A DNA stretch of 64,000 nt from IMG/VR virus record IMGVR_UViG_3300045988_151684, positions 32,001-96,000 of that record, one strand, 5' to 3'. The first letter of the stretch is position 1. Every line of letters starts with the position of its first letter. Below the pieces are notes generated by a model that did not search any database, was not told the DNA's origin, and saw only the letters and a program-made list of their open reading frames with translations. This document shows positions 1 to 9,993 of this stretch, piece after piece. A program made the position numbers and the translations under genes. The stretch comes from a virus.

Positions 1-346
1 AGTGCTGATGAAGCTGATTGATTTGCTGCTTCTGCTGATACAATATTATTGTTAACTCGCTGACTTGCTTCTGCGATTCGGTCAGCGACTGACGTGCCTC
101 CGCCGTTGCTGTCTGCGATAACTGCAGCTGACTGCTGAGCTGAATCAATTCCTTTTCTAACAACTGCAATTTCTGCTTCTGCTTTTCGTTGTTGATCTGC
201 AGTCTGCTCAATGCACTGGACTGCTCGATGGTCTGCGTCTGGGGCTGTCCGGTTGTCTCGGAACAATAGCCAGACGAAAGCGGCCACAGCAATGACAAGC
301 ACAATATAGCCGCCATAAGTAAGATACTTTTTGACGTTCTCATTCA
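1..346 (-). CDS. Partial CDS with an N-terminal transmembrane anchor and Gln/Ala-rich coiled coil; possible lysis-associated (i-spanin-like) protein, 3' end outside the window
   Basis: ATG near 346 with a GGAGA RBS; translation MNENVKKYLTYGGYIVLVIAVAAFVWLLF... then a coiled-coil-like region; position next to the lysis genes. Confidence 0.3.
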
Positions 347-363
347 TGGTGTCTCCTTTCCCG

Positions 364-774
364 TTATAAGATTCTCCCTAAGATGTAGCCCAGGGCTAAA
401 ATTTCCATTGCTTGGTAAATGTCCTGCCGATGCGCAATGAGCATTTCCCCGAAGGCCTTGATATACTCCTTTACGCTCCGCTTTTCGTACTCTACTTTCC
501 CCTGCAAGACAGCAACGCTCTTCTGCAGCCCCCGGCTGACATCTTCCAGCTGATGCGCCCAGGCATTGCTTCCAGCTTCTTTGAGTTTTTCAGCGCCCAG
601 CTCCAGTTCTACTATCGTGTTCTGGTATGTTCTGATCAGAATCTTCTTGTCTTCTTCACGCATTTTATGCCCTCCATTCTGTTTCACTTGACTTTTCGAA
701 GAAATATGCGCTCCTACTTGATTTATAAAGTCAAGTAAGTACGCATATTCCCTGCAGAAGTCAGAATTGGACAC
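364..774 (-). CDS. Hypothetical protein (136 aa)
   Basis: ORF downstream of the endolysin; no recognisable motif. Confidence 0.35.
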   Translation of the reverse strand: MSNSDFCREYAYLLDFINQVGAHISSKSQVKQNGGHKMREEDKKILIRTYQNTIVELELGAEKLKEAGSNAWAHQLEDVSRGLQKSVAVLQGKVEYEKRSVKEYIKAFGEMLIAHRQDIYQAMEILALGYILGRIL

Positions 775-794
775 GGAGTTAACTCAGCTTTAAC

Positions 795-1409
795 TCACTC
801 ATCATAATAGATGCTTGCATCATAGCCAAAGCCAGCTAAATTGTCCGTGAACTGGTGCATCCGAATGATGTTATTCGGATATTCCTCTTTGAGATAATCC
901 CGACAGGCCGTTTCGAACGTGTTGCCCTCACCATAATTTGCCACCCAGTATGGCACATAATCGGGCAGGTCTTCGATTCGGATGTGATGATCCCCTTCAG
1001 CGCTCAGCCAGTTCCAGCTGGCGTAGATTCCATTGTACTGATGGCCATAGTCTGTCAATCGATTGATGAACGCCCGGCAGCACTCGGTCACATCACCGTT
1101 AAGCATCCGTTTTGACTCTGCATCATACCAAATACCCAGCGACGGGGTTTCGCCCCTCAGATATTCCTTCAGCCATGCAGCCACCTGATCAGCCTCAGCC
1201 ACCGCCTCATCATAGGTGCAAGCGCGGGCAAAATAATAAACGCCAAATTGTAAACAATTTTCCACAGCCTTATTGATATGATCCACAAACATATCATCCA
1301 GGTGGGAATGTTCGCCAATCTTCAATATAACGCCCTCGATACCGGCATCTTTCACGGCCTGCCAGTCCACATTCTCCTGCCATGCAGAAATATCGATTAC
1401 CTTCATCAT
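795..1409 (-). CDS. GH25 muramidase endolysin (catalytic domain only, no cell-wall-binding domain)
   Basis: MKVIDISAWQ...GIEGVILKIGE...GVYYFA...DAES motifs typical of Glyco_hydro_25; about 85% identical to the 36067..36678 paralog. Confidence 0.85.
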   Translation of the reverse strand: MMKVIDISAWQENVDWQAVKDAGIEGVILKIGEHSHLDDMFVDHINKAVENCLQFGVYYFARACTYDEAVAEADQVAAWLKEYLRGETPSLGIWYDAESKRMLNGDVTECCRAFINRLTDYGHQYNGIYASWNWLSAEGDHHIRIEDLPDYVPYWVANYGEGNTFETACRDYLKEEYPNNIIRMHQFTDNLAGFGYDASIYYDE

Positions 1410-1567
1410 TAGTTCTTACCGCCTTTCTTATTCGGTCTGTAATTTCGCGGAAATGGGCACATCTTAAAAAGACTGTATTCCATTTCCTGCACTTGATTTA
1501 CATAAAAACCCTGCCGCCTTGCTGCGTATGCAAATGCCGCTAACTAATTCACTCCACGCTAAACCAT

Positions 1568-1762
1568 TCATTTTCCCTCCGTGTTCTCCTGCGCTTTCCC
1601 GTGCAGGTCTTTTCCTGCCACTTTGCCGCCTAAAAAGCCTACAAGCCCTATGGCGATATTGTTTTGTAGTTGTGTATCACCGCCGATAATTTCGGCGATT
1701 ATAAGCGCAACCACAAGCCCTATAGCGATAATTTTATCCGTTGTAAAGTATTTAGCCTCCAT
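1568..1762 (-). CDS. Small two-TM membrane protein, holin-like candidate
   Basis: 64 aa with two hydrophobic helices and a charged C-terminus, immediately upstream of the endolysin. Confidence 0.4.
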   Translation of the reverse strand: MEAKYFTTDKIIAIGLVVALIIAEIIGGDTQLQNNIAIGLVGFLGGKVAGKDLHGKAQENTEGK

Positions 1763-2039
1763 TTCTCCCTCCTACAACACTGTCAAGCCTGTCCAGTCTG
1801 TGATGGGCACTAGCCGCGCTGGCTTCAACCTTTGCGACACGCTCCTGTAGTTCGTTCCGTCTTTGTTCGCTGTATCTTAGTTCGTCCTTGAGTTCTGAAA
1901 CGATTGTTCTAAGCCCTTCGATGGACTGGTTCAACGGTTTCAGGACGATGTAAGAAAATGCCCCTGCAAAAAATCCTGCTATAGCTACCGACTGCGCTAT
2001 TGTGTTCAAAATATCCATTTCACCACCGCCATACAACAC
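1752..2039 (-). CDS. Small membrane protein with one TM helix plus a coiled coil (holin or XhlA-like lysis accessory candidate)
   Basis: Hydrophobic segment AIAGFFAGAFSYIVL followed by a charged coiled-coil region; located in the lysis cassette. Confidence 0.35.
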   Translation of the reverse strand: MLYGGGEMDILNTIAQSVAIAGFFAGAFSYIVLKPLNQSIEGLRTIVSELKDELRYSEQRRNELQERVAKVEASAASAHHRLDRLDSVVGGRNGG

Positions 2040-2169
2040 CTTCCGCTACACTGTTCCATTCGCCAAACAGGTATGTTGTCACCATGCCAATTGCTCCCGT
2101 TATCGTTCCCCACACAACTTCAAAACGCACCGGTATTATGGACTTAATAATTTCATTTATGAACTCCAT
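2018..2169 (-). pseudogene. Truncated holin remnant, homologous to the N-terminal ~40 aa of the intact holin at 36684..37127
   Basis: Translation MEFINEIIKSIIPVRFEVVWGTITGAIGMVTTYLFGEWNSV... matches MNVIIEAIRSLVPVRVEALWGTTTGAIGMVTTYLFGAWNSV..., then diverges to a stop; nucleotide homology also visible in the antisense ORFs 2000..2254 and 36976..37197. Confidence 0.6.
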
Positions 2170-2182
2170 ACTTTCACCATTT

Positions 2183-2581
2183 TTACTTGCTATTTACTTT
2201 GAACCCGATAGTATTGTCATTCTGTGGCTCTATCACTGTATTGTTAACTATTGAATACTTGCCGCTGCTTTCCTTAGTGATTTGTATTATTGGCAGCATT
2301 TTGGTCCCATCACCTGCCTCATCAAAATATATACCATCATTTTTCATCACCATACGGGCTTCACTGTCATTATCAAACAATATACTTACTGAATTATTAG
2401 CTAAAAGTTCAATATTACGTGTTGGATCGGATGGAATACTTATATCATTATATCCATTAAACAATACTCCATTTATTTTTGCACCAGGTGTTAACTGCCT
2501 AGCAAATGGTGCCATAAAATACGCCTGCATTTGTGCAATTATATATTTAATATTATCCAATGTTATTAAAGATTCAGCCAT
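2183..2581 (-). CDS. Hypothetical protein (132 aa), distal tail region
   Basis: ORF only. Confidence 0.35.
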   Translation of the reverse strand: MAESLITLDNIKYIIAQMQAYFMAPFARQLTPGAKINGVLFNGYNDISIPSDPTRNIELLANNSVSILFDNDSEARMVMKNDGIYFDEAGDGTKMLPIIQITKESSGKYSIVNNTVIEPQNDNTIGFKVNSK

Positions 2582-2586
2582 TTTAA

Positions 2587-3630
2587 TTAACCTCCAATAA
2601 AATTTATTTTAAATTCACTTTTTATAGGAACATATTTTTTATCTTTCTTAAAAATTATTTTCCCCGTATCAGCATCATAAGTAGCGGTCATTTCATCATA
2701 ATCATATCCGTTTTCATAAAGACATTTTCCGCTCAATGAATGTTCCAATTCTGCAATCATGTTAATTTTAAATTTTTTATAAAAATCATAACTATTCCAT
2801 TCATCTATATTACATGTACATACAATAGTTCGAGTAGCTGGTGTATAATCACTACCATATGTATATAATTCCATATTAATATCAATGGTTTCTTCTTTAT
2901 TAGCTGGCGCTGCTGATATTTGATTGTCTATTATTTTTTTTATTACCAATAAATCATTAAATGTTATTTTAATTTTTTTATAGTAGTATTCATTACACTC
3001 TAATTCTATATCATACCAAGTAGGCTTTATTACTATTGGAACAGTCCCATATGCATTTAGATTTTTTACGCTAGATGCTTCAAACATCATTTTACCGCCA
3101 TATTTTGTAGCCCAGTCTTTTACTGATAACATATTTAACGTCCAAGGAAATATTTGTGGCAAGCTGCGGCATCCGCTAAACATCAAATAAAAATTTTGAC
3201 ATTTTGATGTATCAAATTCAGATAATTTTTGTAATTTTTGACAATCATAAAACATCGCTTCTGCACTACCAAGCAAAGGTGTTTTTAAACCATTTATTGA
3301 AATCAGTTCCGTGCATCCATCAAAACAATGATTAGCACTAATAGCATTGCTTAAATCCAAATTATCTATATTCTTTAATGCTGAACATCCTTTAAACAAC
3401 TCATCAGCACATGTTAATTTAGAATAATCTATATCATACGGTATTTCTGTCATTGATTTATATGTATCTGGATATAAATCAATCATTCTATAGCCAGTTT
3501 TTTCAAGCAAATAACTTTTATTTGTTTGCGTTGTCTTTAACAATTCCTTGGTGTCTTGTGTTACTGATTTATTTAAAAATTTACTTTTAATATTATTAGC
3601 TTGACCATGGCTTAATATTTTATTTCCCAT
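2587..3630 (-). CDS. BspA-type leucine-rich-repeat protein, putative receptor-binding or adhesin-like tail component
   Basis: Repeated F.GC.SL...I and LRR_5-like units (CFDGCTELISI, MFYDCQKLQKL, MFSGCRSL). Confidence 0.5.
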   Translation of the reverse strand: MGNKILSHGQANNIKSKFLNKSVTQDTKELLKTTQTNKSYLLEKTGYRMIDLYPDTYKSMTEIPYDIDYSKLTCADELFKGCSALKNIDNLDLSNAISANHCFDGCTELISINGLKTPLLGSAEAMFYDCQKLQKLSEFDTSKCQNFYLMFSGCRSLPQIFPWTLNMLSVKDWATKYGGKMMFEASSVKNLNAYGTVPIVIKPTWYDIELECNEYYYKKIKITFNDLLVIKKIIDNQISAAPANKEETIDINMELYTYGSDYTPATRTIVCTCNIDEWNSYDFYKKFKINMIAELEHSLSGKCLYENGYDYDEMTATYDADTGKIIFKKDKKYVPIKSEFKINFIGG

Positions 3631-3642
3631 TATATCACCTGC

Positions 3643-3963
3643 TTATTGATATACATTTAATGGAACTTTTTTGCCCTGTATGTTGCAATTTTGCATATAT
3701 TCATATATTTCGCTATTTCCTTCAATATGCACATTATCTAATATGCCATCATAAACTGTTTGCCGTGCATAATATCGTCTATCTGCTTTTATAATTTGTT
3801 TAATACTACCATCAGATATTACACCATGTATTATTTCATTATCCATATTTAAATCGCTATTAGCTGTTATAACAAATTCTCCTTTTTTATAACAGTTGCT
3901 TTTCAAATATGATACTAACTGCTTTATATCATCAATTGTTGCCCATTTATCAGCCATTTTCAC
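3643..3963 (-). CDS. Hypothetical protein (106 aa)
   Basis: ORF only. Confidence 0.35.
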   Translation of the reverse strand: MKMADKWATIDDIKQLVSYLKSNCYKKGEFVITANSDLNMDNEIIHGVISDGSIKQIIKADRRYYARQTVYDGILDNVHIEGNSEIYEYMQNCNIQGKKVPLNVYQ

Positions 3964-4523
3964 ACCTTCACACGTCCATTAATTATAATCATATTTAAAC
4001 TTGTCCCCAAATTATCAGCGGTCATATTTGCTATTAATGAATCTGGTACATCTTCAAATCGTGCAATTGTTACGCTGCTTCCTGAAAATATGCCCTTTAT
4101 ATTATCTATTCTTTCATCTATGCTTTTACATGATATAATCCATGGGAAAACTCCTGGTAATGATGAACAATCTTTAAACATATCTGCTAATGATACCGCA
4201 TTAGATGTATCTAGCCAATTTATATTTTTCAATTTAGCGCAGCCAGAAAAAGCTGCTTTATAATTTATCACCTTATTCCTTCGAAACTTCGTTATTACAT
4301 CATCTGGCAATAAATTTATGTTATTGTATGAATCGGTATAATTATTTGACATATAATTAGTTGCATCAATATCCGTAATATTTTTTAATGATGATAATAC
4401 GTTATCTAGGTCTTCTTTAGTTGCATGATTACTATAATCTTTTTTTAATAAATAGGTTGCTTTAGTTTTTTTAGCTAATTCATTTATGGCTTCGCTGCCA
4501 ACCAACTTTATATTACTTGCCAT
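3960..4523 (-). CDS. BspA-type leucine-rich-repeat protein (second copy)
   Basis: AFSGCAKLKNI...MFKDCSSLPGVFPW repeats, similar to the 2587..3630 protein. Confidence 0.45.
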   Translation of the reverse strand: MASNIKLVGSEAINELAKKTKATYLLKKDYSNHATKEDLDNVLSSLKNITDIDATNYMSNNYTDSYNNINLLPDDVITKFRRNKVINYKAAFSGCAKLKNINWLDTSNAVSLADMFKDCSSLPGVFPWIISCKSIDERIDNIKGIFSGSSVTIARFEDVPDSLIANMTADNLGTSLNMIIINGRVKV

Positions 4524-4534
4524 TTTATTCTCCT

Positions 4535-4984
4535 TTAAAACAAGGCATCAACTTCAGCAGCAGTCATATATTCCACTGTAGATCCATCAGGCATTATTTG
4601 ATTCCCCTCATCAACCGCTAATACAATTACTTTTGACAAATATTTATCCGAATCAGGTATAATTTCTTGAATTTCATTTGATGGTACACATATTTTTTCT
4701 TGTACGGTGACAGCAGCATTAACTTGGTTACTGCTGCCACCTTGGTTAAAATCCACTACATTAATTACCGCTTCCGTTCCTGCTCCATCTATTGCTCTAG
4801 CATAAACAGTTCCTGCAAACGGTATTTTCTGCCCTGATAACAGGGGTATGCCTTCCCCTTGCTTTGCATCTGATGAACTAGTTAATTCCACATTATCACG
4901 TCCAGCATTATAAATTGTGCCAGCAGTTTCAGTAATTTTTTGTAACTTAGGTGTTAATACATATTGCTTAGCCATTTTCATCAC
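4535..4984 (-). CDS. Hypothetical tail-region protein (149 aa)
   Basis: ORF only. Confidence 0.35.
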   Translation of the reverse strand: MMKMAKQYVLTPKLQKITETAGTIYNAGRDNVELTSSSDAKQGEGIPLLSGQKIPFAGTVYARAIDGAGTEAVINVVDFNQGGSSNQVNAAVTVQEKICVPSNEIQEIIPDSDKYLSKVIVLAVDEGNQIMPDGSTVEYMTAAEVDALF

Positions 4985-6545
4985 CTTTTTGTTTCATTAT
5001 ATTTTTTGCCATTTGTCTTATTTTAGATTGACTAACTTGATTTATTCTAAAATTGTTTCCATAACCAACATAGCTATCAATTATTTGCACCTCAACGTCT
5101 TGTTTGCTTATATCAACTAAACTAAGGTCCTTTTGAGACATTACTAAATATATTCCATTAGCTACTTCTAAAATATCATTTGGAACTGTCATATTAGTTA
5201 ACCCTAAATAATCACAGGTTTTATATGGATATTTACCGTCAGCATTAAAAGTTACTGGTATACCATTTCCTTTTAAATCTTTTCCTATAGGTATAGTAAA
5301 ATCGTAATATTGGGGCTCTTCAAAATATTGTTCTTTATTATCCGGTATTGCAGGTGGTGGTGTTTTTGTATGCAAAATTTTAAAATATTTTTTAGTAACT
5401 ATTTCTTTTTTATCATCAGAATAAATTATTTTGTCATCTACTAATACAGATAAATTATAATTCCCTTCATTATTTTTTTCCCACGTAAACGGATTGCCCA
5501 CATCACCATCTAATTCTTCTTTACCAATATATCCAACAGCTAATTCATATTTCTCAGATGCTTCATATCTCGTGCTTATTGCTATTTCATTCAACTGTTT
5601 CTTTTCATAATAAAGATGCCTATGCGTGGTACCACCGCTAATATGGGTTCTCCGTATTACACGTATGTTCTTAAAAATGCTTCTGTTATTATATTTAATA
5701 TCATCTAATGCTGTGTCTTTAGCTTCATCAGGTATAATAGGTCCAACAGTTTCAGTATTTATGCACTCACCTTCTATATATGTGAGCCTATCTGTATATG
5801 CATAAACAGGATAATCTGAAACAACTTTATAATTTGATATTACTAGTTCCACTTTCTCATCTTGATATTCACCACTCCCCTCATCCGCAAATGCATAATA
5901 ACATCCACCTTTGTTATCTATATATACTGGTTCTGTCACTTGAGGAATAATTTTTTCTGCTACATCATTCTTAAAAATCACACATCCTGGAATATACCTA
6001 TCTCCATTATAACCGCCAATGTAGGCAGTTATTAGATCTCCGTTATCTGTTATAGTTGCCATGTTAACATACGGATTATGAATTGTATATCCTCCTTTAT
6101 CATCATTTAGATAGTACCGTTGTAAATCTATTTTATTATCATTAATTATATCTATCCATTTTAATGATGTTCTGCCATTTTGCCACCAAGCATTATTATT
6201 ACCACACACCAATGTACTATATGGGGTAATACCAAAATTTTTTGTTTTAAAGTTTTTAATTCCCAGCCCATATAAAAAACCTCCCATATATGAGCTTATA
6301 TATGGATAATAATGTTCTCCCCACAACATACCACCACCGCTTCGAGCTTCCAATCCATATATATATTTACCATCTGTCCAAACCGTATCACCTGGAACGA
6401 AACTACGATTACCTGTAAAAATTAATTTACTGCCATTAGTAGTTATTCCTTTTCCTTCGGATATTTTTGCCAATGTTTCGCGGTATACCATTATAATTAT
6501 ATTCCTCCACCAATTATTGCTACCCCTGATGGGGTTGGCAGACAA
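4968..6545 (-). CDS. Putative tail fibre or baseplate protein (525 aa)
   Basis: Large ORF in the distal tail module, Gly/Tyr/Asn-rich. Confidence 0.4.
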   Translation of the reverse strand: MSANPIRGSNNWWRNIIIMVYRETLAKISEGKGITTNGSKLIFTGNRSFVPGDTVWTDGKYIYGLEARSGGGMLWGEHYYPYISSYMGGFLYGLGIKNFKTKNFGITPYSTLVCGNNNAWWQNGRTSLKWIDIINDNKIDLQRYYLNDDKGGYTIHNPYVNMATITDNGDLITAYIGGYNGDRYIPGCVIFKNDVAEKIIPQVTEPVYIDNKGGCYYAFADEGSGEYQDEKVELVISNYKVVSDYPVYAYTDRLTYIEGECINTETVGPIIPDEAKDTALDDIKYNNRSIFKNIRVIRRTHISGGTTHRHLYYEKKQLNEIAISTRYEASEKYELAVGYIGKEELDGDVGNPFTWEKNNEGNYNLSVLVDDKIIYSDDKKEIVTKKYFKILHTKTPPPAIPDNKEQYFEEPQYYDFTIPIGKDLKGNGIPVTFNADGKYPYKTCDYLGLTNMTVPNDILEVANGIYLVMSQKDLSLVDISKQDVEVQIIDSYVGYGNNFRINQVSQSKIRQMAKNIMKQKGDENG

Positions 6546-6766
6546 TATACCAACACACCATTTTTTAATATAATATCTTTACTAGCTAATGAACAATTAT
6601 ATAATTTATCATTAATAACTACTTTCCCATTATAATATATCCCCTGTTTTGCTGTTGTATTTTTCATCGATTTTATTCGCTGCATTTTTAAGTTGTTTTG
6701 TTGAATTACATTTTTTATTCGATGCACTTTATTGTTTAAATAATTCAAGCTGCTCATTATTTCCAC
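6497..6766 (-). CDS. Hypothetical protein (89 aa)
   Basis: ORF only. Confidence 0.3.
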   Translation of the reverse strand: MEIMSSLNYLNNKVHRIKNVIQQNNLKMQRIKSMKNTTAKQGIYYNGKVVINDKLYNCSLASKDIILKNGVLVYCLPTPSGVAIIGGGI

Positions 6767-8739
6767 CTCACTAATACTAAGGATTGTTTTAATTCTTTTG
6801 GTGATATTGATACATTGTTGCTAACAAGATAATATTCACATCCTGCTAAAATAATTTTATCTCTAAAATCTATAATATGTTTGTATTCAGAAATTCCATT
6901 ATTCACTGATGTTATTAAATCTAAGGTAACAGTTTCTTTAATCCTTTGATTACAGTATTCCGATATTTCCTTAAAATATTTATTATTAAGTGAACTGTCT
7001 TCTATTGAAAATGGTAATGTATCATTTTCCTCACTTGAATAATACGTATTGGAATTACCATAAGTATCATTTAGCTGGTATAAATACCAGCTATGGTGTT
7101 CCCCTACTGATGGAGTAATTATTATGCTATGGGATATATTATTTAAACCTGTTACATTATTAGTATTAGCTATTGCATTTTCAATAACACCACTTATATC
7201 GCTTTTTGATGTTATAGCATGACGATGGCCTAGATCAGTGTGATATACGTTATATGAATCATTTTTTTTACCATTCTTTAATACTGTATGATTTTCATTA
7301 ATCTGTCTAGCATTTGTATTATAATCAAACTTTATAACCTCCTGTGATCCATCCGCATTATTTATAATTTGCATGGCTGGTCTATTATATATATCATAAA
7401 TTATTTCATTATCAGCACTGCCCGTTTCAAAATATAGCAAATTACCATTATCATCGTTATCACCATCTTCAAAATCGAAATCTATATTTACATCATAACC
7501 AACATCTTTGTTTAACAATATTGCCATAGTTTTATAAATCATTATTGGTTCCTGTTGAATTACTGGTCTAGTATGCGGAATGTCAGTAATATCTACTATA
7601 TTTATTTCATGACCTCGTTGTAATGCATATATTTTTTTATTACGTATAAATACATTTATTTGATGCCAGGGTATTTCCTTGCTCCAGCTAAAAAAATTAC
7701 TGATCAAATCAATACATGTAGCACTTTGATTAGCACATCCATTAGATGGTGTAAAATCATCGAACATTATTACCGGTTCCAAACCTAATATATTGGCTAA
7801 ATATTTAAAATGTACACTTGCTTTAGCGGTTGGTTCTCTTTTAGAATCGTCAACACCTCCAGACACACCATAATTTAGTGTTGTATGACCGCCAATATTA
7901 CCACCGCCTGTAACTATATGCGGTTCACTTGGTGAAGTATCTCTATAAATTACAATTTTTCCATTTTTATCAAAATCAGGATAACGAACAAGTGAATGTG
8001 TCAATATTTTCCAAGCCGTCGTTGACGTTATTGATAGTTTCTTGTCTGTTATTGATGTTGTTTTTACCATAAAATCATAATAATAATCCAAAATATTACC
8101 ACTTATTCTATCTTTAGGTAACATTGAACCAAACATCAAATCCATACTTATATTATCATTAATTGTATTTTCTTGTATGCTAATTGCTGCATTTATTAAC
8201 CGCATTCCTTTTGGCTGAACAACTTGACCATTTTGCCACGATATATTTTTTAATGCCTGTGCTAAAGTATCAAATTTTATTTCAATCGAACCATTTTGAA
8301 TTACTTTCGTTGAAAAATTCCACTTTGTCAAATATCCTTGCTTACGAAATGTATCCGATGATAAACTTATATGTTTGTATACATAACGTTTTAAATCAAA
8401 ATCACTAACTATGCTTATATATTGTGCTAAATCTCTTTGAACATCATATGAAATAGTCATTGTCTTATCTATAATTCGTTTTGCAATGCTATTATTTATT
8501 TCAAAATTACTAATATAACGTTTTATATCATATTGAACAGCTATTGCTGTTCCAATAGATAAGTCTCGTTTAGTTGCATAATAAGCCTGCAACGACTTTT
8601 CAACATTACGTTGTATATAATAATTTTCATCTATAGTTATAGCGTTGTCTGCAATTATATACGCATATAACGATATTGATGATATATCCGCTTTTTGTTT
8701 TCTACAATTTGCATAACTAATGAACGACAGATTCGCCAT
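6757..8739 (-). CDS. Putative tail-associated or baseplate protein (660 aa)
   Basis: Size and position downstream of the TMP and Dit-like genes. Confidence 0.4.
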   Translation of the reverse strand: MANLSFISYANCRKQKADISSISLYAYIIADNAITIDENYYIQRNVEKSLQAYYATKRDLSIGTAIAVQYDIKRYISNFEINNSIAKRIIDKTMTISYDVQRDLAQYISIVSDFDLKRYVYKHISLSSDTFRKQGYLTKWNFSTKVIQNGSIEIKFDTLAQALKNISWQNGQVVQPKGMRLINAAISIQENTINDNISMDLMFGSMLPKDRISGNILDYYYDFMVKTTSITDKKLSITSTTAWKILTHSLVRYPDFDKNGKIVIYRDTSPSEPHIVTGGGNIGGHTTLNYGVSGGVDDSKREPTAKASVHFKYLANILGLEPVIMFDDFTPSNGCANQSATCIDLISNFFSWSKEIPWHQINVFIRNKKIYALQRGHEINIVDITDIPHTRPVIQQEPIMIYKTMAILLNKDVGYDVNIDFDFEDGDNDDNGNLLYFETGSADNEIIYDIYNRPAMQIINNADGSQEVIKFDYNTNARQINENHTVLKNGKKNDSYNVYHTDLGHRHAITSKSDISGVIENAIANTNNVTGLNNISHSIIITPSVGEHHSWYLYQLNDTYGNSNTYYSSEENDTLPFSIEDSSLNNKYFKEISEYCNQRIKETVTLDLITSVNNGISEYKHIIDFRDKIILAGCEYYLVSNNVSISPKELKQSLVLVRWK

Positions 8740-8740
8740 A

Positions 8741-9565
8741 TTAACTTCCCTCGCTCGTTATAACAATTTTTTCTTTATCTATAGCTGTAAATACAGTTTG
8801 CTTTTCAGTTGTTAATCCAATTTTTTTTGATATTTCATTGGCTTGAACCGTTAAGCCGGTTACATCACCACCACCAGCAACATTAAATATTGCTTGTAAA
8901 CAATCAATATTGTACCCCTTTAGTTCATCAATATTCTCTGGTGCTGCCAACATTATTTTTTTATTAATATTATCTGTTTCATAGCTGCTATCATCTTTTA
9001 AAATCCAGTCAGTAGTTATTGTTGGCTTTATTTTTACAATTTTATCATTAAAGTCAATTTTACTATCTGAAATTATAATCATTTTAAAATCATATCTATA
9101 TTTACTATATGGATCACATATTAATAGTTTTGTAATTGATTCATCAGCTAGATAATTACCATTCAATGATACTACCGGTGAATCATCTCCTGCTTGTTTT
9201 ATGACAAAAACACCATCTGTACCACTTTTTATATGAATAATAATATCAAGATTTTTTGTATTTAAAACAAATGGTTCAGAACTGATTTTATCATCGGTTT
9301 TTATCACCCAATTTAAAGAATTTGCATTACACGATATTATTATTTGATGATTAGCGGACTGAAACGATATTATGTCTGTATCAAAACCACCAGTATAATA
9401 TTCTGCTTTAACTCTCACCCAATATTCTTTTTTATTTTCACTAACCAGGTCCAAAACAGGCGCATTAACCAACTTATATGGCAATGCTAATGAGTTGGTT
9501 CTTTCAAAAACATCTGTATAATCATCAAAAAAATATTTACTATTTATCGTAAATTTTTTAAACAT
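8741..9565 (-). CDS. Putative distal tail protein (274 aa)
   Basis: Position and size; no motif recognised. Confidence 0.35.
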   Translation of the reverse strand: MFKKFTINSKYFFDDYTDVFERTNSLALPYKLVNAPVLDLVSENKKEYWVRVKAEYYTGGFDTDIISFQSANHQIIISCNANSLNWVIKTDDKISSEPFVLNTKNLDIIIHIKSGTDGVFVIKQAGDDSPVVSLNGNYLADESITKLLICDPYSKYRYDFKMIIISDSKIDFNDKIVKIKPTITTDWILKDDSSYETDNINKKIMLAAPENIDELKGYNIDCLQAIFNVAGGGDVTGLTVQANEISKKIGLTTEKQTVFTAIDKEKIVITSEGS

Positions 9566-9582
9566 AAATTATCCTCATTCAC

Positions 9583-9993
9583 TTATACAGCCTTGATTTT
9601 TGTTGTTATTCTAATATTAGTTGAACTATCAATGACTGGATCTTCATCAGCTGTTGATAGTGCTTTAATATATAATATTTTATTGGTTTCATTTATTGAA
9701 TCTCTAATGATTAATGAACTTTCAAACGAACTGTTTTCACTAGCAGATATTACCCATTTATTACTATTACTACCAACAAAAGTTATAGCTGTATTGCCTG
9801 TAGTAATAAACCCTGGTTCACACCGTACTGCTACTTTAACTGTCTTGCTTTCATTATTGGCAGCATCAAGTGTAATTTCTAATGGTGATGTTTCTGTATT
9901 ATCTGTAGATATTGGTATTCCGTCACTTCCGCCCTCTGTTACATCTCCCATGTATAAATTAATATATTTATTAGACATTTTATTCATCCTCAT
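9583..9993 (-). CDS. Hypothetical tail-region protein, paralog A (136 aa)
   Basis: Paralogous to 9990..10400 (YINLY...TEG..DG...S...ES..VK...RCE motif). Confidence 0.4.
   Translation of the reverse strand: MRMNKMSNKYINLYMGDVTEGGSDGIPISTDNTETSPLEITLDAANNESKTVKVAVRCEPGFITTGNTAITFVGSNSNKWVISASENSSFESSLIIRDSINETNKILYIKALSTADEDPVIDSSTNIRITTKIKAV

Noticed and set aside
412-738. Plus-strand ORF antisense to 364..774 and many similar 60-230-aa ORFs opposite long minus-strand genes (e.g. 9593..10048, 27094..27771, 44282..44872, 45239..45712, 36113..36355)
   Set aside because: They lie wholly within, and antisense to, well-supported genes. They have Ser/Leu/Cys/Phe-rich low-complexity translations and no RBS, so they are shadow ORFs.
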